A DNA stretch of 64,000 bases from a plasmid, in sequence record NZ_CP033968.1. One strand, written 5' to 3'. This document shows positions 1-10,014 of the stretch, one piece after another. Below the pieces are notes generated by a model, which saw only the letters and a program-made list of their open reading frames with translations, did not search any database and had not been told where the DNA came from. A program made the translations under genes and the position numbers. Position 1 is the stretch's first letter. Every line of letters starts with the position of its first letter.

Positions 1-219
1 CGCGGGTGCCGACCTGGCTAGTGTCTTCTCTACATGTTTGCGCCTACAAGTCCCCCGAAGACTCAGTTCCGGTTTGACGCTTCGGAGAGTTGAACTGTCC
101 CACTAAACTGCCTGTGTGGTGCAATGTGCATCTACGAGCGCCAGGTTACCGGTAGCGGAACTGTTTCTTGGTAAGTCTTCGAACTACAGCTTCATTCTTA
201 AGCCCATCGACCGATGTCC

Positions 220-798
220 CTATGCATCGTCGCCTGCCGTTGCGTGGCCCATTTGCACGGTGTGGAACCGCGACTCCGCTTCGCGGAACAGCAACTTAAC
301 CTTGTCGACGTCCCAGGGCCGTTCGGCCAAGGTCTCATGATCCCACTGACTGCGGGGCTCGGTCGGATGGAAGAAGTCACCACCATAGACGTGGATGGCG
401 CACGTCATCTTGCCGATCGGATTCAGCACAGAATGGATCGCCTCCCGGTCGAGCACAGCGACGTCGCCCACTCCAAGAGATCTAGCTGTCGTTGCCTCGA
501 TACCCGATGCCGTCCGCCGCCAGAAGACATTATCCTCGCGTCCCGCATAGATGCCCACTGCCGAGAACATCCGGTGATTGTGGGGCATGAGGCTCATGCA
601 CGGTGCCCAGACGAAATTGATGACCGTGACCTCGGGCGAGGTGTAGAGCGGTAAGAGGCCGGCGTGTTCCGGCTCGCCGAGCCCGGCGAAGATACCGGCG
701 CCGTCGGCAACAGCTTCTGCCACCACCTCGCGCACGGCCTGCGAGCCTTCGGCGACGGCCTTGACGCAATCCTCGATGAAGCGGTCCTTATCGAACAC
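220..798 (-). CDS. Cupin-fold protein, cysteine dioxygenase type I-like (passenger gene). Start reassigned to a GTG preceded by GGAGG.
   Basis: The six-frame ORF 220..972 contains His-rich cupin motifs (MPHNHRMFSAVGIYAG ... CAIHVYGGDFFHP) typical of CDO/3-mercaptopropionate dioxygenase-like proteins. A GGAGG sits 8 nt upstream of the GTG at 796-798 (minus strand). Confidence 0.5.
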   Translation of the reverse strand: MFDKDRFIEDCVKAVAEGSQAVREVVAEAVADGAGIFAGLGEPEHAGLLPLYTSPEVTVINFVWAPCMSLMPHNHRMFSAVGIYAGREDNVFWRRTASGIEATTARSLGVGDVAVLDREAIHSVLNPIGKMTCAIHVYGGDFFHPTEPRSQWDHETLAERPWDVDKVKLLFREAESRFHTVQMGHATAGDDA

Positions 799-1352
799 GA
801 TCCTAACCTCCTGCGCTGAGTTTTTGGTCCGAGATCGTCCCGCATTCGAACCGCGCGCTCGGAGCGGAATGATGGCATTCCCGCGTTCGTCGATCGGGTA
901 CGCATATTTGAAAAAGGCGGCCGGGAGCCGTTCCTGTCCTCCAGGAGGGCGACAGCCAAGGCCGAGTTGCAAGAGCAGGCCGGCGGACAGGTTTCGGAGC
1001 CCTGCCTTTGCTCGAACGACTGGGATGCCAGGCCAGCGAACGACAACTCTTGGCTGGGAAGCGGCCTTCGAGGTTCGAAGTGGCCATCGATCTGCGACGA
1101 CACAAGTCCCGGGTCATGCTCGCAGTATAGATGTGCGGGGAGACCAATGGGTTCCGACATGAGCTTTGGCGCGCCGTGATCGATGAGCGCCGCATTGGGG
1201 CAACGGCGGTGCGTACGCCTGTAGGTAGTCGCGCAAGCGCGGCGCTTTGGGCAGTGCGCATGGCGGCGGCGCCCTCCAGCGCAAACCGGCGAGGCCGATC
1301 CATTCGAGGCCGATGGTCCGAGCGATTCACGAACGCCAGGGCCAATACGCGC

Positions 1353-2537
1353 CTACTGTGGCGGGGCGGGCGCGGTGGGTGGTTGAGCTTGTTGCTCGCC
1401 CACGGTGTGCGCATGCCGCCGGTCGTCCTCGGCGTGCAGGTAGATGCCGGTCGTCTCGATCGAGGCGTGCCGCAGGTTCTTCTGAATAAAGCGGATATCG
1501 GTACCCGCGTCGGCCTGGTGCGAAGCCGCGGAATGGCGCAGCCAGTGCGTCGAGGCACGCGCCAGCGTCGCCGCGCCGGCCGGATCGCTCGCCTCCAACA
1601 CGGCGGCCGCCCGCCGGAACACTTCCTTCGCGATCAGATAGACCGCCGTCGGCGTGAGGTGCCGCTGCGCGTCCCCGGCGACGCTCAGGATGGCCGGGCT
1701 CAGGTCACCGGGCCCCGGCATCGGCGGCAGGCCGTGGAACGCGCGATAGCGAGCAAACTCGGCCATCAACGCGTCGCTCACTGGTACCTCGCCCTCGGCG
1801 CCGCCCTTGCCGACAACGTACAGCCACCAGCGCCCGCGCCGCTGGACAAAGTCGGCTGCCTTCGCGTGGGCGGCTTCGCTCGCGCGCAGCGCCGTATGGT
1901 AGAGGAAGCGCATCACCCAGCGGCTGCGCTCGTAATGCTGGCACTCGCGCGGCGTGCCCTGCGGCCAGCCCTCCATCGACGCGAGCACCACCTGCCACAG
2001 CGCATGATCGAGATAGCGCTCGACGCGTCGCGCGCGCGAGCCACGCGTTGAACGGCTGCGGCGCAGGGCAAGCGGATTGCCTGCGAGGTAGCCGGCCGTG
2101 ACAAGGTAGTCCAACAGACCCGAGAGGATGCCGAGCGCTTGACGGCGGCTGCCCTCGGCGAGCGGCCCCCCGAACAGGCGCCGAGCGCCGCCGCGGCGCG
2201 GCAGCGCCGGGTCGATCCAGTCCGCCGTTGGCGCGGCAAGGAAACGTTCGTACAGGAGGAAATCCTCGCGCGTGAGGCTAGAGAGCGGCTTGCCCAACGT
2301 GCGCGTTGCCCAGATGAGCAGCCGTACTACTTCCTTTCGGTAGCTGCGCAGCGTGTGCGGCGAGCTGGCGTACTCGGCAAGCCACAGGCGTACGGCCTCG
2401 ATATCGGTGTCGGCGGCGATCTGGCGGTGGCCGCCGCGCGCGCGGTTGGTACCGTCATGGCCGTCGAGTGCGGCGGGCAGCGCGACGAGCAGAAGCGATT
2501 CGGGGGCTGGGGCAGGCAGGTTCATGGGGTTCCGCAT
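1353..2537 (-). CDS. Tyrosine site-specific recombinase (phage-integrase family), candidate TnpS-like cointegrate resolvase of the Tn3-family element.
   Basis: 394 aa. C-terminal catalytic region ASTHWLRHSAASH ... IRFIQKNLRHASIETTGIYLH carries the R..H..R..Y signature of tyrosine recombinases. It is divergent from a coiled-coil gene across an AT-rich site. Confidence 0.8.
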   Translation of the reverse strand: MRNPMNLPAPAPESLLLVALPAALDGHDGTNRARGGHRQIAADTDIEAVRLWLAEYASSPHTLRSYRKEVVRLLIWATRTLGKPLSSLTREDFLLYERFLAAPTADWIDPALPRRGGARRLFGGPLAEGSRRQALGILSGLLDYLVTAGYLAGNPLALRRSRSTRGSRARRVERYLDHALWQVVLASMEGWPQGTPRECQHYERSRWVMRFLYHTALRASEAAHAKAADFVQRRGRWWLYVVGKGGAEGEVPVSDALMAEFARYRAFHGLPPMPGPGDLSPAILSVAGDAQRHLTPTAVYLIAKEVFRRAAAVLEASDPAGAATLARASTHWLRHSAASHQADAGTDIRFIQKNLRHASIETTGIYLHAEDDRRHAHTVGEQQAQPPTAPAPPQ

Positions 2538-2670
2538 CGTACACCTAGTAACCTTACGATTATGCGCGTTATCGTAAATTTCTACGGCTTGTGATTACAG
2601 ATATAACGTAATACGATCATATACATCAGTCAGATTCACGAAATTCCACCCTCTCAGCCCGCTTCCGCCC
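2538..2670. promoter_or_regulatory. AT-rich divergent intergenic region between the recombinase and the KfrA-like gene; candidate resolution (rst/res-like) site plus divergent promoters.
   Basis: 133 bp of markedly lower GC (cgtaatacgatcatatacatcagtcagattcacgaaattcc) in an otherwise >65% GC context. Its position matches the tnpS-rst-tnpT arrangement of Tn4651-type elements. Confidence 0.3.
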
Positions 2671-3618
2671 ATGAGCCGTATCAGCGATACCCGTCTACGC
2701 ACCCGCGACGCCGCCGCGCGCTTGGTTTCCGCGGGCCGGCACCCGCATGAACTCACCGTCGACCTGATCTACGCCGAGATCCGCCAGGGCAGCCGCACCA
2801 CCATCAACGACGAGCTGAAGCTGTGGAAGGACGAGCAGGCGCGCAACGACGCGCTCTCCGCCGCACTGCCGCCAGCAGTCGCCAACGCCATGCTGTCGGT
2901 CTGGGCGTTGGCCGTCGAACAGGGGGAACAGGTCTTCGCGCAGCGCAGCGGGGAGTTTGAGGCCGAAGCGACCGCCGCCATCACGCGCGCCGAATCGCTG
3001 CAGGCCGCCAACACAGGGTTGCAGGCGGAAGTGCAAACGCTTCGCGCCCAGGTTGACGACCTGCAGGCGCGGCTCGCTACCGCGCTGGCCGCTCACGCCC
3101 GGGGCCAAGCCGAACTGGAGGCTGCCATCCGACGGGCCGAAGCCGCCGCGGCTGAGGGCGATGCCGTGCGCGCGCAAGCAGAGCAGGCCTTGCGCGAAGC
3201 GCAGTCCGCCCATGCCCGCGAACTGGAAGCACTGCGGACCGCCCGCGCCGAACACGAGGCCGCCCTGCGGGTGGAGGTCGACCAGGCTACCGCCCGGCTC
3301 GAAGGCGTGCAGAAGCTCGTCATGCTGCAGACCGAGGAAGCGCGCGAAGCCCAGCGTCGCGCGGAAGCTGCCCTTGCGAAGACCCGCCAGCGCAACGAGC
3401 AACTTGTGGCTGACGGGCAGCGGCTCAGCGCCGACGCTGCTGAACACCGCCGGCTGGCCGAACGGCATGAAAAACAGCTCGCCAGTGTCATGGAAGAGAC
3501 GCGCGAACTGCGGCGTGAGCGCGATTCCCTGACCCAACAGGTCGCCCTGCTGCAGGGCCAGCTCAAGGGTCGCGACGAGTCTGCGCCAGCGCGTACAGCC
3601 AGGCGTCGCGCCGGCTGA
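2671..3618 (+). CDS. KfrA-N-like DNA-binding, alanine-rich coiled-coil protein (TnpT-like accessory protein candidate).
   Basis: 315 aa. N-terminal DNA-binding region (TRDAAARLVSAGRHPHELTVDLIYAEIRQGSRTTINDELKLWKDEQ), then a long Ala/Glu/Arg/Gln coiled coil typical of KfrA-family proteins. Confidence 0.6.
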   Translation: MSRISDTRLRTRDAAARLVSAGRHPHELTVDLIYAEIRQGSRTTINDELKLWKDEQARNDALSAALPPAVANAMLSVWALAVEQGEQVFAQRSGEFEAEATAAITRAESLQAANTGLQAEVQTLRAQVDDLQARLATALAAHARGQAELEAAIRRAEAAAAEGDAVRAQAEQALREAQSAHARELEALRTARAEHEAALRVEVDQATARLEGVQKLVMLQTEEAREAQRRAEAALAKTRQRNEQLVADGQRLSADAAEHRRLAERHEKQLASVMEETRELRRERDSLTQQVALLQGQLKGRDESAPARTARRRAG

Positions 3619-3755
3619 GCCAACAGCGAGCAACGGTTTTCGGACTACCGCGGAGCGCGTCAGCGCCCGCGCTACAATCGGGCCTTCGGTCATCGCCTGC
3701 GGGCGCTGGACCGATGCAGTGCCATGAGCAACCGCCCGACAGGAAACCGAGCCTC

Positions 3756-4190
3756 ATGAACACGAACGAACCACAGCCACCAGCCTGGCAGCCGATCGCT
3801 GCGCTGCCGGTCATTCTGGATCTCGCCGGCGCGCAGATTGATGAGGTACAGGCCACCTTCGACGCCCTGACCCGGTGCCGGTCGCGACCCCATGTGCTTG
3901 ACGACGCCACCCTGGCCCGGACGCGCCAGGTCTACGGCGAACAACGGGATTTTCTGCCGATCCAGCGCGAGCAGGTGGCACGGTGGCGATCCGGGCCGCT
4001 CACACCGCAGGAGCGCGAAGCCCTTGCTCATCTGAGCGCGCGGATCGACCGGCTGGCGGCGCTGCTCGACGATCTGCTCGCGCTGGCAGACGAGCTGTCG
4101 CACGGCACGATCGACCGGATCATGGGCATGAGCGATGCGGACCTTGCCACTGCGGTGTTATCGGGCGCGCTCAGATTGCCGCAACGCTGA
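3756..4190 (+). CDS. Hypothetical protein between the accessory gene and tnpA.
   Basis: ORF with AGGAAAC RBS before the ATG at 3756. No recognisable domain. Confidence 0.4.
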   Translation: MNTNEPQPPAWQPIAALPVILDLAGAQIDEVQATFDALTRCRSRPHVLDDATLARTRQVYGEQRDFLPIQREQVARWRSGPLTPQEREALAHLSARIDRLAALLDDLLALADELSHGTIDRIMGMSDADLATAVLSGALRLPQR

Positions 4191-4241
4191 CAGGCGGAAA
4201 ATGCAGCAACGGTACCGGCTGGCTCGATTCGCGCGGCACCT

Positions 4242-7223
4242 ATGAACCAGATTTCCGAAACCGCGTACCCGTTACTGCCAGCGGAGATCACCGCAGACGA
4301 GTTGCGGGCAGTCTACACGCCCAGCGCCGCCGAAATCCGCTTCGTGTATGGCCAGTTCCGGCAAGCGCCAACACGCGTGCTGATTCTGACGCAGCTCAAA
4401 CTGCTTCAGCGTCTGGGATACATGCCGCCAATGTCAGACGTGCCACCCGAAATCGTCGCCCATATTTGCTCGGTGCTCAAGGTCCGATCGCCGCCCCGCA
4501 CGACAATCAAGCGCTATGACAGGTCGGGCAGCAAGTCTCGGCACCAGAAGGTGCTGCGCGAATTTGTCGGCATCCGCGTCGTTGATGCGCTTACCCATGA
4601 ATGGCTTGCTGTCGTCGCGGCCATCGCGGCGCGCACGAAGGCAGAGTTGCCGGACATCATCAACGTTCTGCTCGAAGAGCTCATCAGGCAGCGCTACGAA
4701 CTGCCGCCGCTGGCAACCCTCTCGCGCATTGCGGCTTCCGCCCGCAGCCGGCTTCACGAGACCATCTACCAGGCCTTCTCCGACGCGTTGGACGAACCGC
4801 TCAGAGCCCGCCTCGACGCTCTCTTCAGCAACCGGGCGGGACGCACGCCCTGGGACGAACTGAAGCGGGAACCAAAACGGCCGAGGCCGCGCGAGGTCGC
4901 AAGCTTCCTCAAACACATTCAGGCCTTGAACGAGCTGGCCGACGGCCTACCGCCGCCGCCGGAAATGCTCTCGGTCCCCAAGCGCATGCAACTCGTCCTT
5001 GAAGCACGGGCCCTCGACGTCCATGAGATGCGCATGCTCAAGCCGGCGAAGCGCTACACGCTTGCTGTGCTATTCATCCTCGCGCAGCTGCAGAAGGCAC
5101 TTGATGACGTCGCGGAAATCTTCATCAAGACGGTCCGCAACCTGGAAGGCACGGCGGAACTGCGCATGAAACAGTATCGGCTGGCGCACGCTGACGAGCT
5201 CGAATCGCTCGTCAGTCAGTTTCGCGATGTGCTCCACATCCTGCAAGACGACGAGGCGCCGCCCGCCGAGCGCATTGCGCGCATGAGGGCATCCCTCAAT
5301 GACGATCCCGGCAACGCCCTGAGCCGATGCAACGAGCACATCGCATATACCGGCAATCACGCCATCCCGTTTCTGCTGGCCCCATACAGGAATCTGCGGT
5401 CACTGCTGTTCCAGTGCCTCGATCTCCTGTCACTGCGCTCGAGCTCCCAGGACGATGCCCTGCTCGGCGCGCTCGCTTGGGTCCAGCAATACCGGGCCTC
5501 ACGTCGCGAATACCTGCTGCTGGGCGACGCCGACCTCGCAGAGCTGCCGCTCGACTGGATGCCAGAGAAGTGGGAGAAATTTGTCTTCCCGGACGGGCGG
5601 ACCGCCCGACTGCTGCACCGGAAATATTTCGAGTTATGCGTGTTCAGCCAGCTCAGGCGTGAACTCAACTCCGGGGACGTTTACGTCGAGCACAGCGACC
5701 AGTACGATGATCCCCGCGAACACCAGGTATCGTGGGACGAATTCCGCGAAGAACTGCCGCGCTATGGCGAACTCGTCGACTTCCCGGTCGATAGCCGGGC
5801 CTTCGTCCAGCAACTGAAGGACCAACTCAGCGCACTGGCCGACGAGGTCGACGCTGCCTTTCCGGAGAACGACTACGTCGAGATTGGCGACCAAGGTCTG
5901 ATTCTCCACAAGCTCGAGAAGAAGCCCGACCCGCCAAACAAGATGTTAATCGACCAGGCCATCACGGCGTCGATGCGGCCGGTCAGCATCCTTGACATCC
6001 TGACCGAAACCGAACAGTGGCTCGACCTGCACCGGCTGTTTGGCCCGTTATCCGGCTTCGAGGCGAAGATCGACGAGCCGCGCAAGCGCTTCATCACGAC
6101 GCTGTTCTGCTATGGGTGCAATCTCGGACCGGCGCAGACGGCGCGCTCGGTAAAGAACCTCAGCCGCAAGCAGGTCGCCTGGCTGAATCTGCGCCACGTG
6201 ACCGAAGAGCGCCTGGACAAGGCCATCGTCCGGGTCATCAACGCCTACAACCAGTTTGCGTTGCCGAAGTTCTGGGGTTCCGGAAGCCGAGTTTCGGCCG
6301 ACGGCACGAAATGGAATCTCTACGAGCAAAATCTGCTGTCCGAATATCACATCCGGTACGGCGGCTATGGCGGTATTGGTTACTACCACGTGTCGGACAA
6401 GTACATCGCGCTCTTCAGCCACTTCATTCCGTGTGGCGTGCATGAAGCCGTCTACATCCTCGACGGGCTGATCAAGAATACCTCCGACGTGCAGCCGGAC
6501 ACGGTCCATGGCGATACCCAGGCGCAGAGCGCGCCGGTCTTCGCACTCGCACACCTGCTCGGCATCAAACTAATGCCCCGCATCCGCGACATCAAGGAAC
6601 TGCGCTTCTACAAAGCGGACCGGCGCCGTCGCTACACCAACATCGAATCACTGTTCCGCGGCAACGTCGACTGGGCCCTCATCGAAAGGCACTTGTCGGA
6701 CATGCTGCGCGTCGCCATCTCAATCAAAGCCGGCCGGATGACGCCATCGACGATCCTGCGGCGCCTCGGCTCCGAGAGTGTCAAGAACAAGCTGTATTTC
6801 GCGTTCCGCGAGCTCGGGCGGGTAATCCGCACGCTGTTCCTGCTGCGCTACATCAAGGACCCCGAAATGCGCCGGACGATCCATGCCGCGACGAACAAGA
6901 GCGAACAGTTCAACGATTTTGCGAAATGGCTGATGTTCGGCGGTGACGTCATCGCGGAAAACGTCCGGCACGAACAGCGCAAAGTCATCAAGTACAACCA
7001 GCTCGTCGCGAACATGGTCATCCTCTACAACGTGCAGTGGATGTCGCGCAAACTGAAGGAGTTGCAAATGAAGGGCCATCCTGTCGACGCCGAGGTGCTC
7101 CAGGCGCTGTCGCCTTACCGGAAGGACCACATCAACCGGCTCGGGTCTTATTTGGTGGATCTCCAGCGGAAGGTGCCGCCGCTCGATACGTCGATCGATT
7201 TCGTTTTCGGATCGGCGGCATAG
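4242..7223 (+). CDS. tnpA: Tn3-family DDE transposase TnpA.
   Basis: 993 aa, the expected size. The conserved Tn3-family C-terminal DDE region is present (FALAHLLGIKLMPRIRDIKELRFYK ...). Confidence 0.9.
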   Translation: MNQISETAYPLLPAEITADELRAVYTPSAAEIRFVYGQFRQAPTRVLILTQLKLLQRLGYMPPMSDVPPEIVAHICSVLKVRSPPRTTIKRYDRSGSKSRHQKVLREFVGIRVVDALTHEWLAVVAAIAARTKAELPDIINVLLEELIRQRYELPPLATLSRIAASARSRLHETIYQAFSDALDEPLRARLDALFSNRAGRTPWDELKREPKRPRPREVASFLKHIQALNELADGLPPPPEMLSVPKRMQLVLEARALDVHEMRMLKPAKRYTLAVLFILAQLQKALDDVAEIFIKTVRNLEGTAELRMKQYRLAHADELESLVSQFRDVLHILQDDEAPPAERIARMRASLNDDPGNALSRCNEHIAYTGNHAIPFLLAPYRNLRSLLFQCLDLLSLRSSSQDDALLGALAWVQQYRASRREYLLLGDADLAELPLDWMPEKWEKFVFPDGRTARLLHRKYFELCVFSQLRRELNSGDVYVEHSDQYDDPREHQVSWDEFREELPRYGELVDFPVDSRAFVQQLKDQLSALADEVDAAFPENDYVEIGDQGLILHKLEKKPDPPNKMLIDQAITASMRPVSILDILTETEQWLDLHRLFGPLSGFEAKIDEPRKRFITTLFCYGCNLGPAQTARSVKNLSRKQVAWLNLRHVTEERLDKAIVRVINAYNQFALPKFWGSGSRVSADGTKWNLYEQNLLSEYHIRYGGYGGIGYYHVSDKYIALFSHFIPCGVHEAVYILDGLIKNTSDVQPDTVHGDTQAQSAPVFALAHLLGIKLMPRIRDIKELRFYKADRRRRYTNIESLFRGNVDWALIERHLSDMLRVAISIKAGRMTPSTILRRLGSESVKNKLYFAFRELGRVIRTLFLLRYIKDPEMRRTIHAATNKSEQFNDFAKWLMFGGDVIAENVRHEQRKVIKYNQLVANMVILYNVQWMSRKLKELQMKGHPVDAEVLQALSPYRKDHINRLGSYLVDLQRKVPPLDTSIDFVFGSAA

Positions 7224-7371
7224 AGGAATTCTGGATACCGGGCCGCTCCTGCACGGGGCAGTTCAGCTGCTGACACATCCGTACGCGATAGCTGCGTCAC
7301 GGCTCGGCATCGCCCACACAACCGTGCCTTGGCCCGAGGAAGAGAACCACTTTTACGTTTCGGATCACATA

Positions 7372-7417
7372 CTTAAGGCAACTTTGGCGAAAATTTCACG
7401 AATTCCGGCCGACCCTC
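7372..7417. repeat. Terminal inverted repeat (right end) of the Tn3-family transposon.
   Basis: Read outside-in: GAGGGTCGGCCGGAATTCGTGAAATTTTCGCCAAAGTTGCCTTAAG. The G-rich outer end and inner ...TTAAG resemble Tn3-family IRs. This sequence is translated as the non-native tail (EGRPEFVKFSPKLP*) of the truncated asparaginase ORF. Confidence 0.5.
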
Positions 7418-8446
7418 GTTCAGGCTATCTGCGACGAGGCCAGGGTATGCCGGATCATCTGGCACAAAGCCACCACCGGTCCGTGACGAACGCACGACGA
7501 CGATGCCTTGCCCCATCGCCTTTTTGATGGAGGGGATGGCGCGCAGCGAAACACTACCGGCGCCTACACCTGAGGCAATGATGCCTTTGATGCCGTTGTT
7601 TGCTGCGGCTTCGTACATGAATCCGGAGTCACTTTGATAGTGCGCGATCACCGCGACTTCGGGCAAGACATCGAGTTTTGCGACGTCGAATGGCGTGGCT
7701 TTGGTGTGAGGCTTTGCCGTGGTGGTTTCGAAGTAGGGGACTTGATCGACCAGTGTTCCGAGGTAGCCCGCGTCCTGCCCCTTGAAGGTGTCCAAAGAAT
7801 TGGCATTGGTCTTCGTGACATACCGCGCAGCGCCAATACGATCATTCAACACGATCATGACACCGCGTCCGCGGGCAGACGGGGCTGCGGCGACCGTAAC
7901 GGCCTGGAGGATGTTACTGGGCCCATCCGCGCTAATCGCCGTCGAGGGGCGCATCGCGCCGGTCACGACCACCGGCTTGTCGCTCTTGACCACCAGATTC
8001 AGGAAGTAAGCCGTCTCCTCCAACGTGTCGGTGCCGTGTGTGATGACAACGCCGGCGATATCGGGCTGCGCCAGGAGGGCGTTCACGCGCTTTGCGAGTT
8101 TCAGGAGAATCTCGTTGGTCATGTTGTCACTGCCAACGTTTGAGATCTGTTCACCCGACACGCGTGCGACTTTTTCGAGCGATGGCACGGAACGAAGCAG
8201 CGCGTCGGCGGTCAGCACGCCAGAGGTGTATGCGGTCGTTTGGGTCTCGCTTGCGCCGGTACCCGCGATGGTGCCTCCCGTAGCCAGCACCGCCACACGG
8301 GGCAATGCAGCTTCTGTGGGCTGGGCATGCGCACCCGTCGAAAGCGTAGCGGCAAGGATGAAGCATTGAGTAATCAGCCAGCGAAAACGGCCTGGAAGGG
8401 TGCGTTGTTGTGTCACAGAGTGCTCCACTGATTTCAGTTTGAACAT
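7373..8446 (-). CDS. ansB: L-asparaginase II (periplasmic), C-terminally truncated and fused to transposon IR sequence.
   Basis: VAVLATGGTIAG, GVVITHGTDTLEETAYFLNL and the C-proximal GLVADSLN are all asparaginase-II motifs. The last ~30 aa expected after SLN (PQKAR...) are replaced by IR-encoded EGRPEFVKFSPKLP. Confidence 0.8.
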   Translation of the reverse strand: MFKLKSVEHSVTQQRTLPGRFRWLITQCFILAATLSTGAHAQPTEAALPRVAVLATGGTIAGTGASETQTTAYTSGVLTADALLRSVPSLEKVARVSGEQISNVGSDNMTNEILLKLAKRVNALLAQPDIAGVVITHGTDTLEETAYFLNLVVKSDKPVVVTGAMRPSTAISADGPSNILQAVTVAAAPSARGRGVMIVLNDRIGAARYVTKTNANSLDTFKGQDAGYLGTLVDQVPYFETTTAKPHTKATPFDVAKLDVLPEVAVIAHYQSDSGFMYEAAANNGIKGIIASGVGAGSVSLRAIPSIKKAMGQGIVVVRSSRTGGGFVPDDPAYPGLVADSLNEGRPEFVKFSPKLP

Positions 8447-8469
8447 GTCAATTGATTTGACACGCAGAC

Positions 8470-9237
8470 TCAGGCCAGTACGTGGCCCAGGAACTCGCGT
8501 GTGCGGGAGTCCTGCGGATCATCAAAAAATGCGTCCGGTTTGCCGTGCTCCACGATAAGTCCTTTGTCGGTGAAATAAATGTGGTGGGCCACTTCCCGGG
8601 CGAACCTCATCTCGTGGGTCACGAGGACACAGGTCATGCCTTCCTGCACCAGCTCTCGGATCGTGATCAGGACTTCTTTGACGGTCTCGGGATCCAGTGC
8701 TGCAGTGACTTCGTCGAACAGCATTACACTAGGCCGCATGGCCAATGCTCGTGCGATTGCCACGCGTTGCTGTTGCCCGCCCGAGAGGTGGCCGGGGTAG
8801 GCGTTCTCTTTGCCAGTCAGTCGGACTTTTGCAAGCAGCGTCATGGCGCGCTCGCGGACTTCGTCGGGGCGCTGCTTCAGAACCTGGACGGGCGCAAGCA
8901 TGATGTTCTCGAGCACCGTCATATGAGGGAAGAGGTTGTACTGCTGAAACACCATGCAGACGTCCTTGCGCAAGGCAATGCGTCTCGCACTGTCGGAAAG
9001 GTCATGGACCCTGTGCCCCGCGGCATAGATCTCGCCGCTATCCGGCTGAACGAGACCATTGATGCAGCGCAGCAACGTCGACTTGCCGGAACCCGATGGC
9101 CCAATCAGCGCCACGGCTTCCCCTTTGCCCACGGTCATCGAAACGCCCTTGAGCACCTGATTTGCGCCGAATGCCTTCGTCACGCGGTCGACTTTCACGA
9201 TGGTCTCGCGAGTATTGTTAGTCACGAATGTCTCCAT
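8470..9237 (-). CDS. Polar amino-acid ABC transporter ATP-binding protein (GlnQ/GltL-like).
   Basis: Walker A GPSGSGKST, signature LSGGQQQRVAIARAL, Walker B MLFDEVTAALD. Confidence 0.9.
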   Translation of the reverse strand: METFVTNNTRETIVKVDRVTKAFGANQVLKGVSMTVGKGEAVALIGPSGSGKSTLLRCINGLVQPDSGEIYAAGHRVHDLSDSARRIALRKDVCMVFQQYNLFPHMTVLENIMLAPVQVLKQRPDEVRERAMTLLAKVRLTGKENAYPGHLSGGQQQRVAIARALAMRPSVMLFDEVTAALDPETVKEVLITIRELVQEGMTCVLVTHEMRFAREVAHHIYFTDKGLIVEHGKPDAFFDDPQDSRTREFLGHVLA

Positions 9238-9246
9238 TTTTATGTG

Positions 9247-10014
9247 TCATGCCACGGCGAAGCGGGCTTCGAGCCGTCTTGTCCAGCGCGCAATGGGCGC
9301 GCAATAGGCAAAGAAGAGAATGAGGAGGAGCCCATACACAGGCATGAGGAGTGCCGGGCTGTTCTCAGCCGACAACACGGCCCGTGCCACGGTCACGCTA
9401 TCCTCGACGCCAACGATGGACACCAGCGGCGTGGCCATCATCAGGATGGCGTAGACGTTCATCCAAGGGGGAACCATCCGCTTGACGGCCTGGGGCAACA
9501 CCACCAGACGAAGAATCTGCCAGCGGCTCAACGCCAAGGAGTCCGCGGCCTCCCACTGGCCGGAAGGAATCGACTGAATGCCGCCACGCACCACCTCGGA
9601 GACGTTCCCCATGACCGGTAGTGCAAGACCAATGATGCCTTTGGCCCAGCCAGGAAAGGGTATGTCCGTGCCCAAGAGCGTGAACTGGTTGGGGAGCAGT
9701 AAGACGCAGAAAAACAGCAGGACGAGCCATGGCGCATTGCGGAAGAACTGCGTCACCCACTGTGAAGCGACTCGAAGCTGGCGACGCTGCGCGATCTGCC
9801 CCAGTCCCAGCCCTGCGCCGAGGAGGGTTCCGATGGCCATCGATGCCGCGCTGATGCCTACGTCGACGGCGAAGCCTTGCAGGAGTAATGGGAGCCACTT
9901 GCCCAGCGCCGCGGCGCCGGCCTCACCATCCTTTGCCAGGGCGGAACCTGCGTAGGCCGAGAGCGCGAGCGCCGGCCACCATTTTGACGTTGCACACTTC
10001 ATGTATGGGCTCAT
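9247..10014 (-). CDS. Amino-acid ABC transporter permease (His/Glu/Gln/Arg/opine family).
   Basis: Multi-TM protein with the EAA-like permease loop. Sits in the operon with the ATPase. Confidence 0.8.
   Translation of the reverse strand: MSPYMKCATSKWWPALALSAYAGSALAKDGEAGAAALGKWLPLLLQGFAVDVGISAASMAIGTLLGAGLGLGQIAQRRQLRVASQWVTQFFRNAPWLVLLFFCVLLLPNQFTLLGTDIPFPGWAKGIIGLALPVMGNVSEVVRGGIQSIPSGQWEAADSLALSRWQILRLVVLPQAVKRMVPPWMNVYAILMMATPLVSIVGVEDSVTVARAVLSAENSPALLMPVYGLLLILFFAYCAPIARWTRRLEARFAVA

Larger units (their letters stand above)
1353..7417. mobile_element. Tn3-family transposon, right portion (recombinase, accessory protein, orf, tnpA, IR). The left end was not located and may lie upstream of the window; the cupin gene at 220-798 may be a passenger.
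   Basis: tnpA plus the terminal IR at 7372-7417, which abuts the truncated ansB. No matching IR was seen in 1-1352. Confidence 0.5.

Noticed and set aside
2625-2660. TTCACGAAATTCC near 2640 resembling part of the transposon IR (TTCACGAATTCC near 7396), considered as a possible left IR.
   Set aside because: Same orientation as the right IR (direct, not inverted), only ~12 bp of similarity, and located inside the putative resolution site rather than at an element boundary.
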